Source: Tubulanus polymorphus
Lineage: Eukaryota; Animalia; Nemertea
Assembly (NCBI RefSeq): GCF_964204645.1
Contig: NC_134036.1
Span: 10,581,859 to 10,645,858 of the forward strand
Direction: 5' to 3'
Length of the DNA: 64,000 bases
Positions 25,121-39,093 of this stretch are shown one piece after another (position 1 is the first letter of the stretch; every line of letters begins with the position of its first letter). Under the pieces are notes generated by a model. That model ran no database searches, had not been told where the DNA came from, and saw only the letters and a program-made list of their open reading frames with translations. The position numbers and the translations under genes are program-made.

Positions 25121-28100
25121 CATTTTTTGACTGCTCAAGCCGTTCATGATTTGTTCATCCACTGTTAATTATTATTAACTCAGCACTCAGCACTGAAACA
25201 GCTGGATTTTTTTGTTCAAATTAAGCAGTATATAAATCTGATATTGAGATATAGGGATTTCATTTTGCAAAACTGTGTACCAATCTATCAGACCCCACCC
25301 GTCTATAAATTATAAATGTCATAGGATGCCTGCATAGGATGTCTACAATATCAAATTAGCTATGCCCATTATGCGCTAATTAGATGATCTAAACACGTAA
25401 GTTAGTTTCAAAACAATTAAATATTACCGGCATTTCAATAAAGTAAGCGCTTCTTGCAAGCTGGCGTCAAATAATCAATAACGAAGAGAGAACTGCATGC
25501 TAAAAGTGAACATCGGATGAACTATTTTTAAAAATATAGTATTGAAATTAGTAATAATTATAGGTTGATTTTAAGAATTTTAGATATATATTTTTTCGAA
25601 TAATTTGTGTAGTCATTTATCTAGATAATGAGATGAAAAGGACAAAATTCAGTCAATGAAAATATGATCTTATCTATATATTCCTCCCTTATATAGGCTA
25701 TGTAGACCAGCCTCAAATTTCATTTTGTCTTTTATTTCTACAAATAAAATATTTGTGATATAGATTAAGAGTGTTTATGATCGCGTATCACAGCAAATAT
25801 ACTTTGGAGGATTCTTCAACTCAAATACTTCAATCTTCTACGTAAAAAAACCAAAAAATTTTGTATACATAGGATGTACAGTGGTCAACAGAACCTTTGA
25901 ACGTCACGTATCACTGCAAATCATCAACAGTTGTGGCTATTTTAAGAGCCAAAATTACCAGGCGATCTTTTCTGCAATATACTACATGTATCGCATAGTC
26001 ACAGCATACAAATGGTTGGGCTACTATCGGAAACAGAAATTTTAAAAAACTGGAATGAAAAGAAAATTGACTTCAGACTGCTTTTAAATGTACTACTGGA
26101 CACGTTACTGGAGACTGGAAGATTGCTTATTGTTCTTAAGACAAGTGTGGCTGTATAGATTATGGAAAGGTAACGTAGTTAATTGCGTTGGCCTAGTGGT
26201 ATAAGTAGCTATCAGCTCCCGAGAAATGGCTGATCCCAAAAACAGTAATATCATATTTTACAATTTCTAATTCAGACTGCAAGACTCTATGTGTAAATAA
26301 AAGTTAGATGGTTGAGTTATATGCTCGAAACAGGTAAAACTCATTAATAATCGGTATTGCTAAACACTTAAACATTGATGAACATAGTATTTGTTCTTGA
26401 TCACCAATTCTGTTTCAAAATCCAGCTCATCGATTTTCTACAACAACTTGAGTTCATGGAAAACTAGGTTATGAATATTATTGAGCTTACATTAAATTTT
26501 CCACCAGTTAGAATCTAGAAATGATGAGTATATATCATCATACTAGATGGCATTATTTAGGATATCTCGTTTAACAATTCACTGTCGAATAAATATCAGC
26601 AGAAGGATATATAGACACCTGTGACGCCGAAGGTTCTGGTTGTCGATATTACTGCTCGATGATTAATTATGGTGAATTGACGAGCAAATACATGTCTACC
26701 AGTCACCTGTTGCTCTTAGGGATCTGGTTTAAAAAATGTCTGTTTTATGAACACTCATCTTGGATCGATGATCAAACACAGCATACGTTGCTCTTAAGTT
26801 CCGGTTACTGAAATTTCTGCTGGATGAACACTCATCGCTGATCGATTTGCAAATACATGTACCGGGTATACCAGGTGGTAGGCAGGACTCGTATGTAATG
26901 ATGTTTCATAGTCAGCAAAACTGATGGAGCGTTCATGAAATGTTAATAAATCACCTGAAACATGTCCCTTATCCTTGAATGACGTTGTTCCAACCGAAAC
27001 CAAGTTTAACAAACAATATTAGTTTTCTATTGAGGTCTTTCACGTGACGTCACTACGTGAATACATATTGAATGATAAGTATTATTCCAAGATTTGACAG
27101 ACCTGTATTTCTGAGTATAAATAAAGTCAGTTTAATTAATGGCCAGTTGATATTAGTTATGCGATACGTTTGACGAATGTGCATGATAGCCACATATCAT
27201 TCATCTTTAAATCATTTCCAACCATAACACGGGACTGAATTGGTCACATTTAGTTATTCGAAGAAATTTCTCTTCGATTATGGAAAGTCATCTATGTAAA
27301 ATTGTACTGCTACAGAGTCTGATCAGTTGGACCACAAAATCTTCAAATACTAGATTAGTTTTTTGGCCTAGGCCTACTATGAAAACAAGAGATATAAAAA
27401 GTTAAATTTCTATGTGCAAATGTAAACGGTACTACAGTTTTAAAACCACAAAAACAACTGTATATGATTCGATTCATAATACTATTGATTAAAACTGGAC
27501 GCGTCTCTCACTATAAAGTATTTGCTCGAATCAAGCGCCGAAAAGTGAAACAATTAAAGTAAATGCATCAGTATCGCTATGTCTTTGATCTATCGTCCGT
27601 AGCTGTCAAGGATCTCATTTTGACAGAATGAAATTTCCTAAATTTGAAAGACCAGTATTTCAGGGTAAAATCATATTTACTCCATCGACGACCAGATAAC
27701 GGTCAATTTTACCCGAAACGTGAGGCGAATGTGCAGGAAATCTATACTTACTGAATGACTGCGGTCTAAGATATCTATTCGGCAGTCTAGATTACATCTT
27801 TCGGTCGAAAGAAAGACGCGCAGCTCAATTCGACAATTCAAAAAAATGATCCAGTCGTCGTTTTACAATCATAGACGTAAGAAAGGTGCTTTACTAGTCA
27901 GAATGGTGTGTTCTATACACGCGCAGTACATCAGCAAAAATGATAAAATAGTATATGAAAACCTAATATCAGCGACAGCTCATTAAATATAATGATTTCC
28001 TATGAAACTAATGAAAAACAATGTACTTATGATCGACTATCTACGAGTACATAGTGATGCACGTGCATCGATTATGTCACCTGGGTGCGTATTGATATAG

Positions 28101-29161
28101 CTTAACAAAACATGGATATGAGTTTCAATCAATATCGCTGGAGTGACGGGTGGGTGCGTAAGGATTCAGCTAAAAGTAGAACTGGAGTGGCAAAACTGTA
28201 ATTTGTGATTCATTTCAACTCATAATTGTGGTTAAAATTTCCAATTCTTCATAATTAACTCATATTCAACTATTTTAATACTGTTAGTTGCAAGCTTATA
28301 ATCTATTCTGCCCTCACATGAAGAAAGACAGTATCTCAAAATCTTTTGTTTTGATAAATTGGTGTCTGAAGTTATGGGGAGTTCCCTGAGTCAATATAAT
28401 ATATCTACTAACTTAAAACTTAGTTCATGGGTGTTGAGACCCTAAATATGGAAAAAAATTTTCAAATTTGGAAAGAAATGGTCCAAATTCAACTGAGATA
28501 AATGAGATTTTTACAGTTACTACCGCTGTTCAACCTAAAAAGCTGGAACTAATTCTTGATAGTTGTCAATTTGAAAGGCAGTAAATTTTTTCGCATTATT
28601 ATAAATCGCAGTAACTACGATGATTTACACGTTAAAGTGCAGTAAATCTGAAGATCTGCAGTATAAATGATAAGTATAAGTGTAAATTCATTAGAATCAA
28701 TGACAGAATATTCAGTTCCTGCCTGACGATTCACAGCAAGTGGAAAAGATTGATATTCCAATTGAACAACTGTATTTATTAGATGAAATTAAATTTCAGA
28801 TCAATTCAACAACATCTAATTATACACAAATATCAATATTGATGACAAATGATCTTTCTGGATGAAAGATCTAAAAGACCTGAACTTAAGCGAAGAACAA
28901 TATAATGGTAATCTCACTATTTAAACTTATTGCAGTGAGATAATCATGCATTCTTCTTGTTCATTAACAAAAAATCTCACAATTGAATACTCTTCTTAAT
29001 TTTAGAACTAAGTTGTGATCTAAAAAAGATAATCACACAACACAACAAATAATTTTGAAATGATTTCAAAGAATTAATTTTGGGTCAGTAACAACGATAA
29101 ATTGCATTAATATATCTATATGTAACCACTAAATCCATATAGATCCATGAAACCATACTTT

Positions 29162-29371
29162 TTAATTTTCAATTAAGTCTACAAGCTCGTCATTATTTTG
29201 GATGTTCTCCCAGAAGGATCGCCTATCTTCGTGCATCAATGGACACAACTTTCGAATGATATCGGCTTTTTTGCTTGTCAATAAACCACGTGGTTGGGGT
29301 CGTAGAAGTGTGGGAATCGATAAATTTTCCAATTTTACTGTTTTTTTTTTAGATATGAAAAAGTTTCCCAC
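29162..29371 (-). pseudogene. C-terminal fragment of a DNA transposase (Sola-like)
   Basis: PRGLLTSKKADIIRKLCPLMHEDRRSFWENI resembles a Sola-type transposase C-terminus; truncated by the MITE at 29418. Confidence 0.4.
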
Positions 29372-29417
29372 TGCATATCATTGTGGTTAATTTTATACAA
29401 GAGATCAATAGACCCCC

Positions 29418-29625
29418 ACTCCTGTGAAGCTGGCTACCAGTTCCCGGTTCCCGATTCGGCTCCCGATTCAAAATGATTTTGATACGGGAGCCGAATCGGG
29501 AACCGGGAACCAGTAGCCGGCTACTGATTCGGCTCGCGTATCAAAATGGTTTTGAATCGGGAGCCGAACCGGGAACCGGTAGCCGGCTACCGGTTCGGCT
29601 CCCGATTCAAAATGTGAAGCTGGCT
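29418..29625. mobile_element. expanded copy of the 17801 palindromic MITE family
   Basis: CCTGTGAAGCTGGCT end plus repeated CCCGATTCAAAA / TTTTGAATCGGGAGCCGAA hairpins. Confidence 0.65.
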
Positions 29626-29626
29626 A

Positions 29627-30457
29627 CTTATTCGCCAGGTGGCGCTGGTATACACTATGCCGTAACTATGTCTACTCTGCTGATAAACAAACGAACTCGA
29701 CCTTGATAACAAATCGCCAGGTGATGGCGCGAGCCAATCCAGACGTCTAAACACGATTGCGTATGCGACCGCGAGAGCGGTCAGCTGTAACTATACGTCA
29801 GTAAGCTGCGTCTATAAATAACATAACTTGGTTTAAGAACGTGTGTATTGCTCGGTCGTTTTTCTCGTCACCGAATCGACTTCTTCATATGTTATTCGCC
29901 TCTTTAACCATTTAATCAATAAACCATCGATTGTTATCGAGCCCTAAACAAGAGAGAAAGTTTCTAACGAAAGTTATCGAATCCCCTCACCAAGAAATCA
30001 ATATCTGCAAGCCTATGAAATTGTAAGATATAAAATAAACAGACGCTTTCTGCCCGCCGTATAAATCACCCTTCATGCAGGGTAAATCCATTGTCAAACA
30101 TGACAATCACTTCAATATTCTATAAAACTTAATATTTTCCTATCCATCAAATTCCATAGAAAACATAAAAGAACATTTTTCTCATCCCTAAACCGAAAAT
30201 GGCTGGAAACGAGAGCGCACATAAATTTGTTCTAGTCTATTCTAATCCAATAGTTACCACGGTTGCATGGTAACAGTGAGACCACTGACATTGGCGCAGA
30301 GATGATGTTTAGACGTCTCAATTGACTAGTCGGTCAAGGTCGGGGTTACCGCTCGCCAACAGACACAGTTACGCAATAGTGTTGGACGTCTTGCATTGAT
30401 TATGAGCAGATGCGCCCAAGAGGACCAATAGTATACTCGCGCCATCTAGCGAATAAG
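29627..30457. mobile_element. non-autonomous DNA element with imperfect TIRs
   Basis: CTTATTCGCCAGGTGGCGC... vs ...GCGCCATCTAGCGAATAAG; inner AGACGTCTAAACA / TGTTTAGACGTCT inversion. Confidence 0.55.
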
Positions 30458-31035
30458 GTACAAGAAACGAATCAGTCATTGCAATTGAAAATGCCTTGTA
30501 ATGTATTCACATAGCTGTATATAAATTAATGCAACTTAGTGACGTTGCTTACGGTCCAGGTTAAACGCTCACTAAAACGCCCACTTTAGCAGAAATAGTT
30601 ATGCAATCGTGTTTTAACTTTTGCCATTCAGCGAGTTTTTTACCAGATATTCGATAGACCGAAGTCTAGACTTTAACTTCAATTTCATTACAAACAACAA
30701 ATGGATCATTTAGGATACAGATTATATATCGTATAAAAGATAAAATTCGTTCTACAAAAACAACATGCAGTCAATAACAATATATACATATAATAGCTTC
30801 AGTTACACACATGTTTTAATACTATGCGATCAGATTGCTCTCAATACTTTTAATACGAATACGAACATTCATTACACTCCAACCACTTCTATGGTATAGG
30901 GCGGAGGAAAAACAGTATTCATTTAGGAGGTAAATGAAAACGTATTTCAACCCTTACAATACCACTACCGTATGTCATACGGTACAAATTGGCAAGCTAG
31001 CATACCCGTAACGTATGTGATACAGTATCACTTAA

Positions 31036-31200
31036 CCCTTCTTCTAGAAGGGCATATCTATCAGTATCAGCCGGTGCTGCAATCTGCATAAAATCCAAGA
31101 TGGCAACAGCCAGGAAAAAAACAATTTGGCTGGATGAAACGGTTCAGCAGCTCGTATATGATGCTGACAGTGATGCTGGTGACTAGGAATTTGGTAGTGA
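31036..31200 (+). mobile_element. possible piggyBac left end
   Basis: TTAA|CCCTT followed by a decayed acidic N-terminus MATARKKTIWLDETVQQLVYDADSDAGD. Confidence 0.3.
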
Positions 31201-32269
31201 ACAAATTGAGAACACACACATCAATCAGACCGGACAAGACACGAGTTCATTCTTGAATTATACACGTCCGTAGTCATCGGGTTGATAACCTAGAAAATAT
31301 AGCTTACGAATTGAAGAGCGGAAAAACATTTTCACGGATTTGTTAAGATTTTTTCCTTCAAATGTCATTGACGACTTAATTCGTAAATTTCTATTCCACA
31401 GCTAGATAAAGTCCTGTTTAACCGATTAAACATTCTCAATCGACCTTTATAAACATCTCGAAGTGCACGCCGTTGACATGCAACCGAATTATCGAGTAGA
31501 TTTCTTAAATACTATATTTCAGAGTTAGTTTATTTGCGTTTACTTAATTCAGTTGGTCTCTAGTAACATCTGCTGGGTCGATTATGCAATAGGCAATAAC
31601 TGCCCTGACTGATAATGATATCAGAACACGTCAATTTCCCACTTGTCAGGCTCAGTGTTGTAGGTATCAAAGCCACAACTTACGTTATTGCCAGATGAAA
31701 TAAAAAAGGCTTTACAATATTTTGTAATAAAGGTTTTATTTATTAAAATCTATGGGAAACATATGTTTGGGGATAACGTTCTTTCGGATGCCTAAGCAGA
31801 CTCCGGGGACGCATTCGGAGTAACAAGTCTTGGAAGTCAAAGCGTCGTTTTGTAATTTTCAAACCAGAGATGTGACCCACTCGGTTACAGTGATTTACTT
31901 AGTTACCCCTGTGACTCGACCTTTCTATAATGTTTTAGTGATATAAGTATTAAACGTTAGATGGTGTTTGAGTGAATCAATGATTCTAGTAAGTAAAATC
32001 AATTTGCACTGATGTTGCCCAGCTCAGTCGAAATCATCATTCATCATCGCCGTCGTCGTCTTTGTTTTCTCCATCATCGACATCAACATCGACATCAGCG
32101 TCTTATATTCAGTTGACTCCTTCCTGATTCAGGCGCCTTACAATCAGCTCACTCCTGACACCAAAGCGGATTCATTTCGATACGAGCTAGGTTCAGTTCA
32201 AAGACGTTAAAATCAGATCTAGAATAAATGTTCTATAGGCAAGATAAAACGGGCCATCAAGACGTAGAA

Positions 32270-33895
32270 TGATATAAATATGGATTTGTATAGCGCAGCT
32301 TTCCATGTTAAAAAACAAAGTTCAATTGCGCTCCAGGGAATAGTATTAGCTGAATAGTTTTGTTTTGATGTGAGATTTGAACTGTATATTCTCTTGAGTC
32401 GATGAACTGATTCGAGAAAATAGGTGCGTGGGATGAGAAGGCTCTGCCGCCAAATGTAGATGAGCTGAATGATGGTCCTGACATTTTGAATAGGTAAGAT
32501 GATCGAAGTGTTCGCCAGTGATTAGATCAGCAATATAAGCCGGTGCTATTCCGGTAAGAGCTTTGAATACTAACAGTAGTGTTTTGAAGTCAATTCTTGC
32601 TTTTACTGGTAGCCAGTGTAACTGCATGTGCGCTGGAGTTATATGCTCTCGTTTTGGGGTGCGCAAAACTAATCGTGCTGCACAGTTTTGTAATTTCTGT
32701 AAGTTTCCACACAAGTCACTGGTTATTCAAGCCAGAAGGCTATTACAGTAGTCCAGCCTAGACAAGACAAGAGCTTGGACAAGTGCCTTGGTAGCATTTC
32801 TATTCAGATTCTTTCTAGCTAATCCAATGTTACGAATGTGAAAATATCCGCTTTTCAAAACCGATTTCACATGTGCACTCAAAGACATTTCATGATCGAA
32901 CATAACACCGATATTGCAGATCGGCGACTTTGAAACAGGGACACAAACACCCGCGACCATGAGAGGTTCAATGTCGGTAATACTGAGACGCTGCGATGTA
33001 CCTAAGAGAAATACCTTAGTCTTTCCAGCATTTGCTTTGAGGAAATTGTCGGTATACCATTTATACACCGCGACCAAACACTTCTCAACATTTGACAGTT
33101 GTTGATTTACACGTGATTGATCATGAACGGATTCAATTGCCTTGTACACTTGGTTGTCATCTGCAAATCCGTGTCTATCAATATCAAATGATTTTATCAG
33201 TTCACCCAGAGGAAGCACATAGATAAGAAAGAGTAAGGGGCCCAACACTGAGCCTTGTGGTACCCCACACTTTAACTCGTATGAATCAGAGGCGTGGCCG
33301 TTAACAGTAACATTCAATGTCCTGTGGGTGAGGTACGACTTGAACCATTGTATACTTCCATCGATGCCTAGGTAATGTTTGATGGGAGAGAGTAACACAG
33401 TGTGATCTACCGTATCAAATGCCGCACTAAGATCGAGTAGTATCAGTATCACATTGAACCCTGATCGATGAGGGTACGAATGTCATCTTGCACCTTGAGC
33501 AAAGCTGTCTCTGTGCTATGGCTTGGTTTATAGGCTGATTGCAAGACATCGTGAAGATGGTTACGATCCATGTACTCACGCAGTCGACTGGCTACAACTC
33601 TCTCGAGAACCTTAGACACAAATGAGAGATTACTAACTGGGCGATAGTTCTGGAGAGACTCAGGATCCAGAGATGACTACTTGAGAATTGGTGTTACAAT
33701 CGCTACCTTCGTGGAATCAGGTACAGATCCACTAGCCATTGACAAATTCACAATGTAAGTCACAGCTGGCAATACACAATCCACAACGTTTTTGAATAAC
33801 CAAGTCGGAAGTGGATCAAGTGCGCACGATTTGTTTGGAGCGCTCATGATGATTTTGCGAACTTCATCATCATCTGTTTGTTCAAACTCGTTCAT
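32270..33895 (-). mobile_element. L2-clade LINE, 5'-truncated, frameshifted RT
   Basis: KSCALDPLPTWL, LLDLSAAFDTVDH, GVPQGSVLGPLLF, FADDNQVY, SRLDYCNSLL, LHWLPVKARIDFK; L2-type 3' end GCGCTATACAAAT. Confidence 0.92.
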
Positions 33896-36800
33896 TATAC
33901 ACTCAGATCACGCCTATGCTGGTGTGTTTCAGCATTATAACCCTCCATATCCACGGTATGGTCAACCTATCCCTATCAGATGCAACACACAAGAAATGAT
34001 AATAAGCGAGGATTCAGTTCCTTTTCGAAGTTTTTATTATCGCAGTTTTCAATAGTATTGTTGTGTTGTGTCCATTTCATAACCGTAATTCTTGGAATTC
34101 TGAATTCTATAGGCCCCTAATCGTGTGGTACAATGACCTTTCAGAGTTCTTCTTTTTTAGCGAAGAAAAAAGTGTTATTCGTAAAACCTTCGCAACTCAC
34201 CATTGAACGAGACCATCGAAATCGAGTTAAGGTGTTTTTCTAACTTTCATATGTTTTCTAAAAAGCTCCTCATGTTTGCTCTCGTAATGTTTGTGGTTGC
34301 TTCGGATGCGTACTCCGAAGAAGCTGCGCGCAAGTTACTAAAACTATTTTGAATCGCTGTATTCTGTGTCCACGTTTTCCCTTAAATCAAATTGGTCACT
34401 GTTTGAGACGTTACATGGGCGCGTCTACGAGATTGAAATGATGTACCGTAATTTTTGCAGATTCACGACGATTTCGTCAAAGCAACGGACATTGTAAAGG
34501 TGGTTACAATGGAGATGACGCTGGTAGCGGAAGAGGAAAAAGTAATTGATAGTCAAACCTATTACGTTATTGAAATTGGTTTTGAAACTAGTTTACGTTC
34601 AATTGTTTTCTTCTATCTAGGAGGCACAAAACGCGCATGCTATACCCCTCATCTGTGCACAGCGTGGTACCCAGGCCGTTAATAGCTGAGACAAGCGGCA
34701 TTTTTTGAAAAGTGCCCTCTTTACAAACATTTTTGTTATCATCCAATAGAACAGCCCCTTTTTCAAAAATTATAATGTTAGATACGGCCCTGCATTCGTG
34801 TTTCTTTTGTCAAATATCATCCAAGATTTTTACCAATAAAACTTGGAGATTAAGTAATAACCGGGTACTGTTCGATGATTATTTAAATTTTCCAATCAAG
34901 TTTAGACGGGATTTTGAGAAATTTTATATTTTGGATACATTTGTAAGCTGTTCAATGGTTGGCTATGCATAGTCCTTATTAGTGCATACCAAATTACGAT
35001 AAATTGTGTCATATCCAAGTTTTCTATTGAAACGATAATGTCGTCAGAGTACTACTGCATCAAGTTTTACCTCTAGGCCAGGGATACGCGTATAGTTTAT
35101 GTAATCCGCACGAAACAAGCACGAACTCGCATGTAACATTTTGCAATATTTCCAACTTCAATAACGTCGCTGTTAACAGACTTGCCGGAACAGAGAGATT
35201 TCCTATTGGACATTTGCACTCAGTTCCATGTTCGTAACTAAGTAGTAAATGTTCACATCTTTTACTTGAACGATTTAGCGGTATGAGTTGCGGGAACTGC
35301 GGTGGATGACGTTATTCGTCCGTCCATGACGTACCTTGTTGTGTCTGGTAGCTGTTGCGTCACTTCGCGGTCAATTCTAAACTCAAACTGTGAACTGTTT
35401 TGTGCTTAACTTTCGACTGTTTAGTGTGCGGGGACTGCGGTCTCGAATGAACTTTTTTCCGATTGGGTATCCAGAACTTTAAATGCGGTTTTATGATAAA
35501 CTATATCATGAACTTTAATATGCGTTGTAGTGTCGAACTCTAAGAAATAGTTACTCGTTATAATGAATTGTTTACTAATGTTCTTTTTCAGGATTTGTTC
35601 TAGAGGTATCAGCGGGATATTCACGAGTTGGTTTAAATTCAAAATTTCGGGACGAAATTTAAACTGGATAGGGAGTGTTGATCCACAGCTAGATTTTCGT
35701 AGTATTTGAAAATGTTTCGTAGTATTTAGAAATGTTCTTAATGTTGTTTCCGTATGCGTTGGGGTTACGTTAAAGCCGTCAGACAAGAACGTACTAGTAG
35801 TAAGAATTACGAAAGTTCTTGTTTGATGCTTTCATCTACCAACGCAAACCATAAATCAGTCTATAAACAACAGTTCTTTCTCGGTTCTTCTGCTGTGAGA
35901 TCTGGCAAACATTCAGAAAATCTTTATATAAAACTTTTAAATAGTGGAACCATATTTGGTTGGGTCGGAACAATGGAGTGTATTTATAATGAGGCTCGTG
36001 AAGGGATCACGCTGATACTTGATGATATTCCCGGCTACTTTCCGTAAAAGGAAAAACCGGAAGTTTAGGAAGATGTGGTTGTTTTGCTTATCCTGTATTA
36101 AAATAGAATTAGTTAAATTGTAGATAAAATAATTAGTATAAGTATTTCAAATAATTTAAGAATTGATAATCAATCACAATGTATTCCGAATCGTAGTTAA
36201 TTATAATAATTAAAAAAGAAACAATGAATTTGTACTGTAATTAGAAAAGAAAACAAAGTTTTGAAAAGATATTTAATTTGAGTAATCTAAATGTTGTTAA
36301 AGAACAAATTGTTAATAATCGCTAATGTTTTAGAAAAATTAATTTGTGTTAAATGTTAAAACTAGCTGTCTGAATTTTCTGTTGTCTGTATGCGCTTGTT
36401 GGTAATTCACAGACAATAGCTGCTCTCTCAACAACGACTAGCAAGGAGTGAGTAAATCACAACGCGTCATGACAGGAAGGTTGGAAGGAAAAAGTTAGTT
36501 TAGCAAATCAGTTTTGAAAATAATTTTAGATCAGCGAATCATTAAGGCCAAATTCTATATGACCAAAACAGTTATGACAGTAAGGTTGCTGCTCCTTGCC
36601 AAAAAGTCGAGTGGGAGAGTCGGTATTTTAAGAATGCCGATTCTTTCTATAAAAGGGACCCGCATCTTGAGAGAGCAGTCAATCGAGAGAATCTGTACCT
36701 TAGTAAGACGAGTGTCGACAGCAGGACAGGAGAAGCTTCGGAACGATAGGGATTCATATACAATAGGGATTAGGAAAATCATTCTTTGTTCAAGGTAAAT

Positions 36801-37329
36801 AAAATATATTATCTTCAATATTATCATCCGGTATTTCAATTTATTCATTCGGATTTGTGCACGGACACGTTCTCTCGCCAGGGCCTTACTCAAGTATTTT
36901 ATAGATAACGATTAAAGAGAGGATTGTGACCGGTGTATCAATAGTAAGGAAGGATTTAGCAAAATAATATACATGTATACTTTTAATCGCGCTGTTGTTT
37001 TAATTTACCATTAATTAATTATTACTCACACAATCAGTTAGACATCTGTCAATTCGACACCTGTGATAACAGTTTGTTTTGTAATTAATTGTGTGCTCAA
37101 ACATGTCTATCAACTTTTATAGTATTATATAAATAGAATGTAAATCCATGAACAGCAGTTGAGTTTGAGACGAGTCTTGAAGCCTGATCCATCTTGCAGG
37201 CAAATTCCCAAGCTACTCGATTGAGAATCTAAAGAATAAAATTGTCTACGTTTAGTGCTGAAAACTACTAGCTTTGTTCTCTCATTGTTGCATAACTCAG
37301 GATTTAATCGTAGCTGGAGCTTCCCCGAA

Positions 37330-37650
37330 AGACGAGTTAGAACAATTAGTGTTGTTAAAATTACACGGTCTTACGTGAAAAACATTCGACCGTTCATGAT
37401 GGCCGTCGGAGAATCAAGCAGCAAATACGTATTCACGACGAGAAGGGGCAGATTCTCTCGTCGTCCCTCATGAGCAAGTGCTACTACACAATTCGGTGGG
37501 AGATGTTTCCGAACAAGCAGAGGTTTCGCGTCAGCGACAAAAGGAAGTTGTTGATGTCGGCTCTGCGCGAAATGGGTGGCTCGCGCAAAGCAGCAGTGCT
37601 GGCCAAGCAGCTGGCGCATTCGCTTAAAACGGCCAATATTTCCAAAAATG
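37330..37650 (+). pseudogene. decayed tyrosine recombinase C-terminal half (Crypton-like)
   Basis: YVKNIRP...YVFTTRRG (frameshift) ...DKRKLLMS...LAKQLAHSLKTA matches the YR box II pattern; the catalytic Tyr is not visible. Confidence 0.5.
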
Positions 37651-38344
37651 GATGTATTTTTTCACCACAAATGGAGGAAATAATAATAAATCGAAAAGAA
37701 TAAAATAAACACCGACAGAAGGCTCGATCGTGCATTCCTATGACAGACCCGAGTACGTGACACCAATCCTCGAGAACCATTCAATTCGTGCCAAACAGGT
37801 CGTCGAGTTTGATTCGACTATTCATCGAGACAGAGATCAAATATCGAATGCTACGATTTTAGCCTAAAATTTCGTACCAAAATGTTATCTAAACTATCCA
37901 ATAATCTTTAGTGGAGATTCACTTTATATTTCCGTATACCTTTATACAATGGTGCAAACTCAATCTTAATGTTGAAGGATTTTGCTTCAGGAATTAAGAA
38001 TATGGTCTAAGGCTTTGTGCAGTCACGCGGCACTATTGTGTAGTAGAGCGTATGGCAGGTCTCCAGTGAGTGATTCTCTATTGCATAGTCGTCTTTTTAT
38101 ACACACGTTCACCAGACATCGCCGCGTACCGTACACATCTACTCCGAGTGTAGAGAAAAATACTATAGTTTTTCCATCACTTGAGAAATTAACTCGGAGA
38201 TTGATCACCGAACTACGTGTAAAGATCTACGGAATTCCTGCTGCGATTTTCTTCAATTTCTTTGAGGAAATAAAACAAGAATAAAAAAAGTTTCCCAAAC
38301 CCTCACCAATCAACTTAGAATAACAAACTAATATTGTAAGAAAA

Positions 38345-38622
38345 GTCGAAGGCCCCTGTTGGAATTACTCCGCAGCCTGGACCGGTATTGTGGGATAAAT
38401 AAATAATTTGGCCAGAAACGACTAAATTAAACATAATTTACCCCACACCAGATATTTCGTAGGACTCACGCATTAGTAACCTCATTCCAGGGAGGACAGT
38501 ACTCTCGACTCGCTCGCTTACCGGAGATCAATTCACATCCTGACCCGCCTCCTCCGAGACTCGAACCTGGACCACAGCAGTGACACACTAGTCGCCGACC
38601 TACTAAGCCATCCGGTCCGCCC
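38345..38622 (-). mobile_element. tRNA-derived SINE (tRNA-Asp-like head)
   Basis: Minus-strand A box TGGCTTAGTAGG, GTC anticodon-like loop, B box GGTTCGAGTC, followed by ~200 bp of non-tRNA body; no complete acceptor stem. Confidence 0.65.
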
Positions 38623-38931
38623 GAACATATTCGTCGGCCGCGACTGAACAAGTGGTGACGTCACCGACGCCTAGGACAGCGTGAAGACAATTCGTCTGGT
38701 TTTCGCTTTTTAAGTGCTAATTTAGAACAGCAATAAAGAACAAATATGAAATACTGATTGTATTCAAATCCAAAATAACTTCAATGATCTTTGGTTTTAT
38801 ATAATTTATTTTATATCATCTATTGTCGACAATCTAAAATCCAAAATCAATCAGTTCATAGATTCAACCTGACTATTATGATATTTGACATTTTTGGCAT
38901 TTTAATCGTTTTTTTGTCAATTTATGATGTC

Positions 38932-39093
38932 CAGACCGGCTCGTATCAGAGTTGTAGATTAATCTAAAAACGATAATGTGAATCAAATGTCTATAACATG
39001 TATAAAATGATATATTAGTTATTTCATATATACTATAGGCATTTGATTAACAGATTATTCTTACAGTATTTGCAACTCTGATACGAGCCCCTG
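38932..39093. mobile_element. MITE; a half copy also lies at ~10400-10477
   Basis: TIR GGCTCGTATCAGAGTTG / CAACTCTGATACGAGCC; TGTC on both flanks. Confidence 0.65.

Noticed and set aside
38551-38622. Functional tRNA-Asp gene
   Set aside because: A/B boxes are present, but the stems are degenerate and it runs into a SINE-like body.
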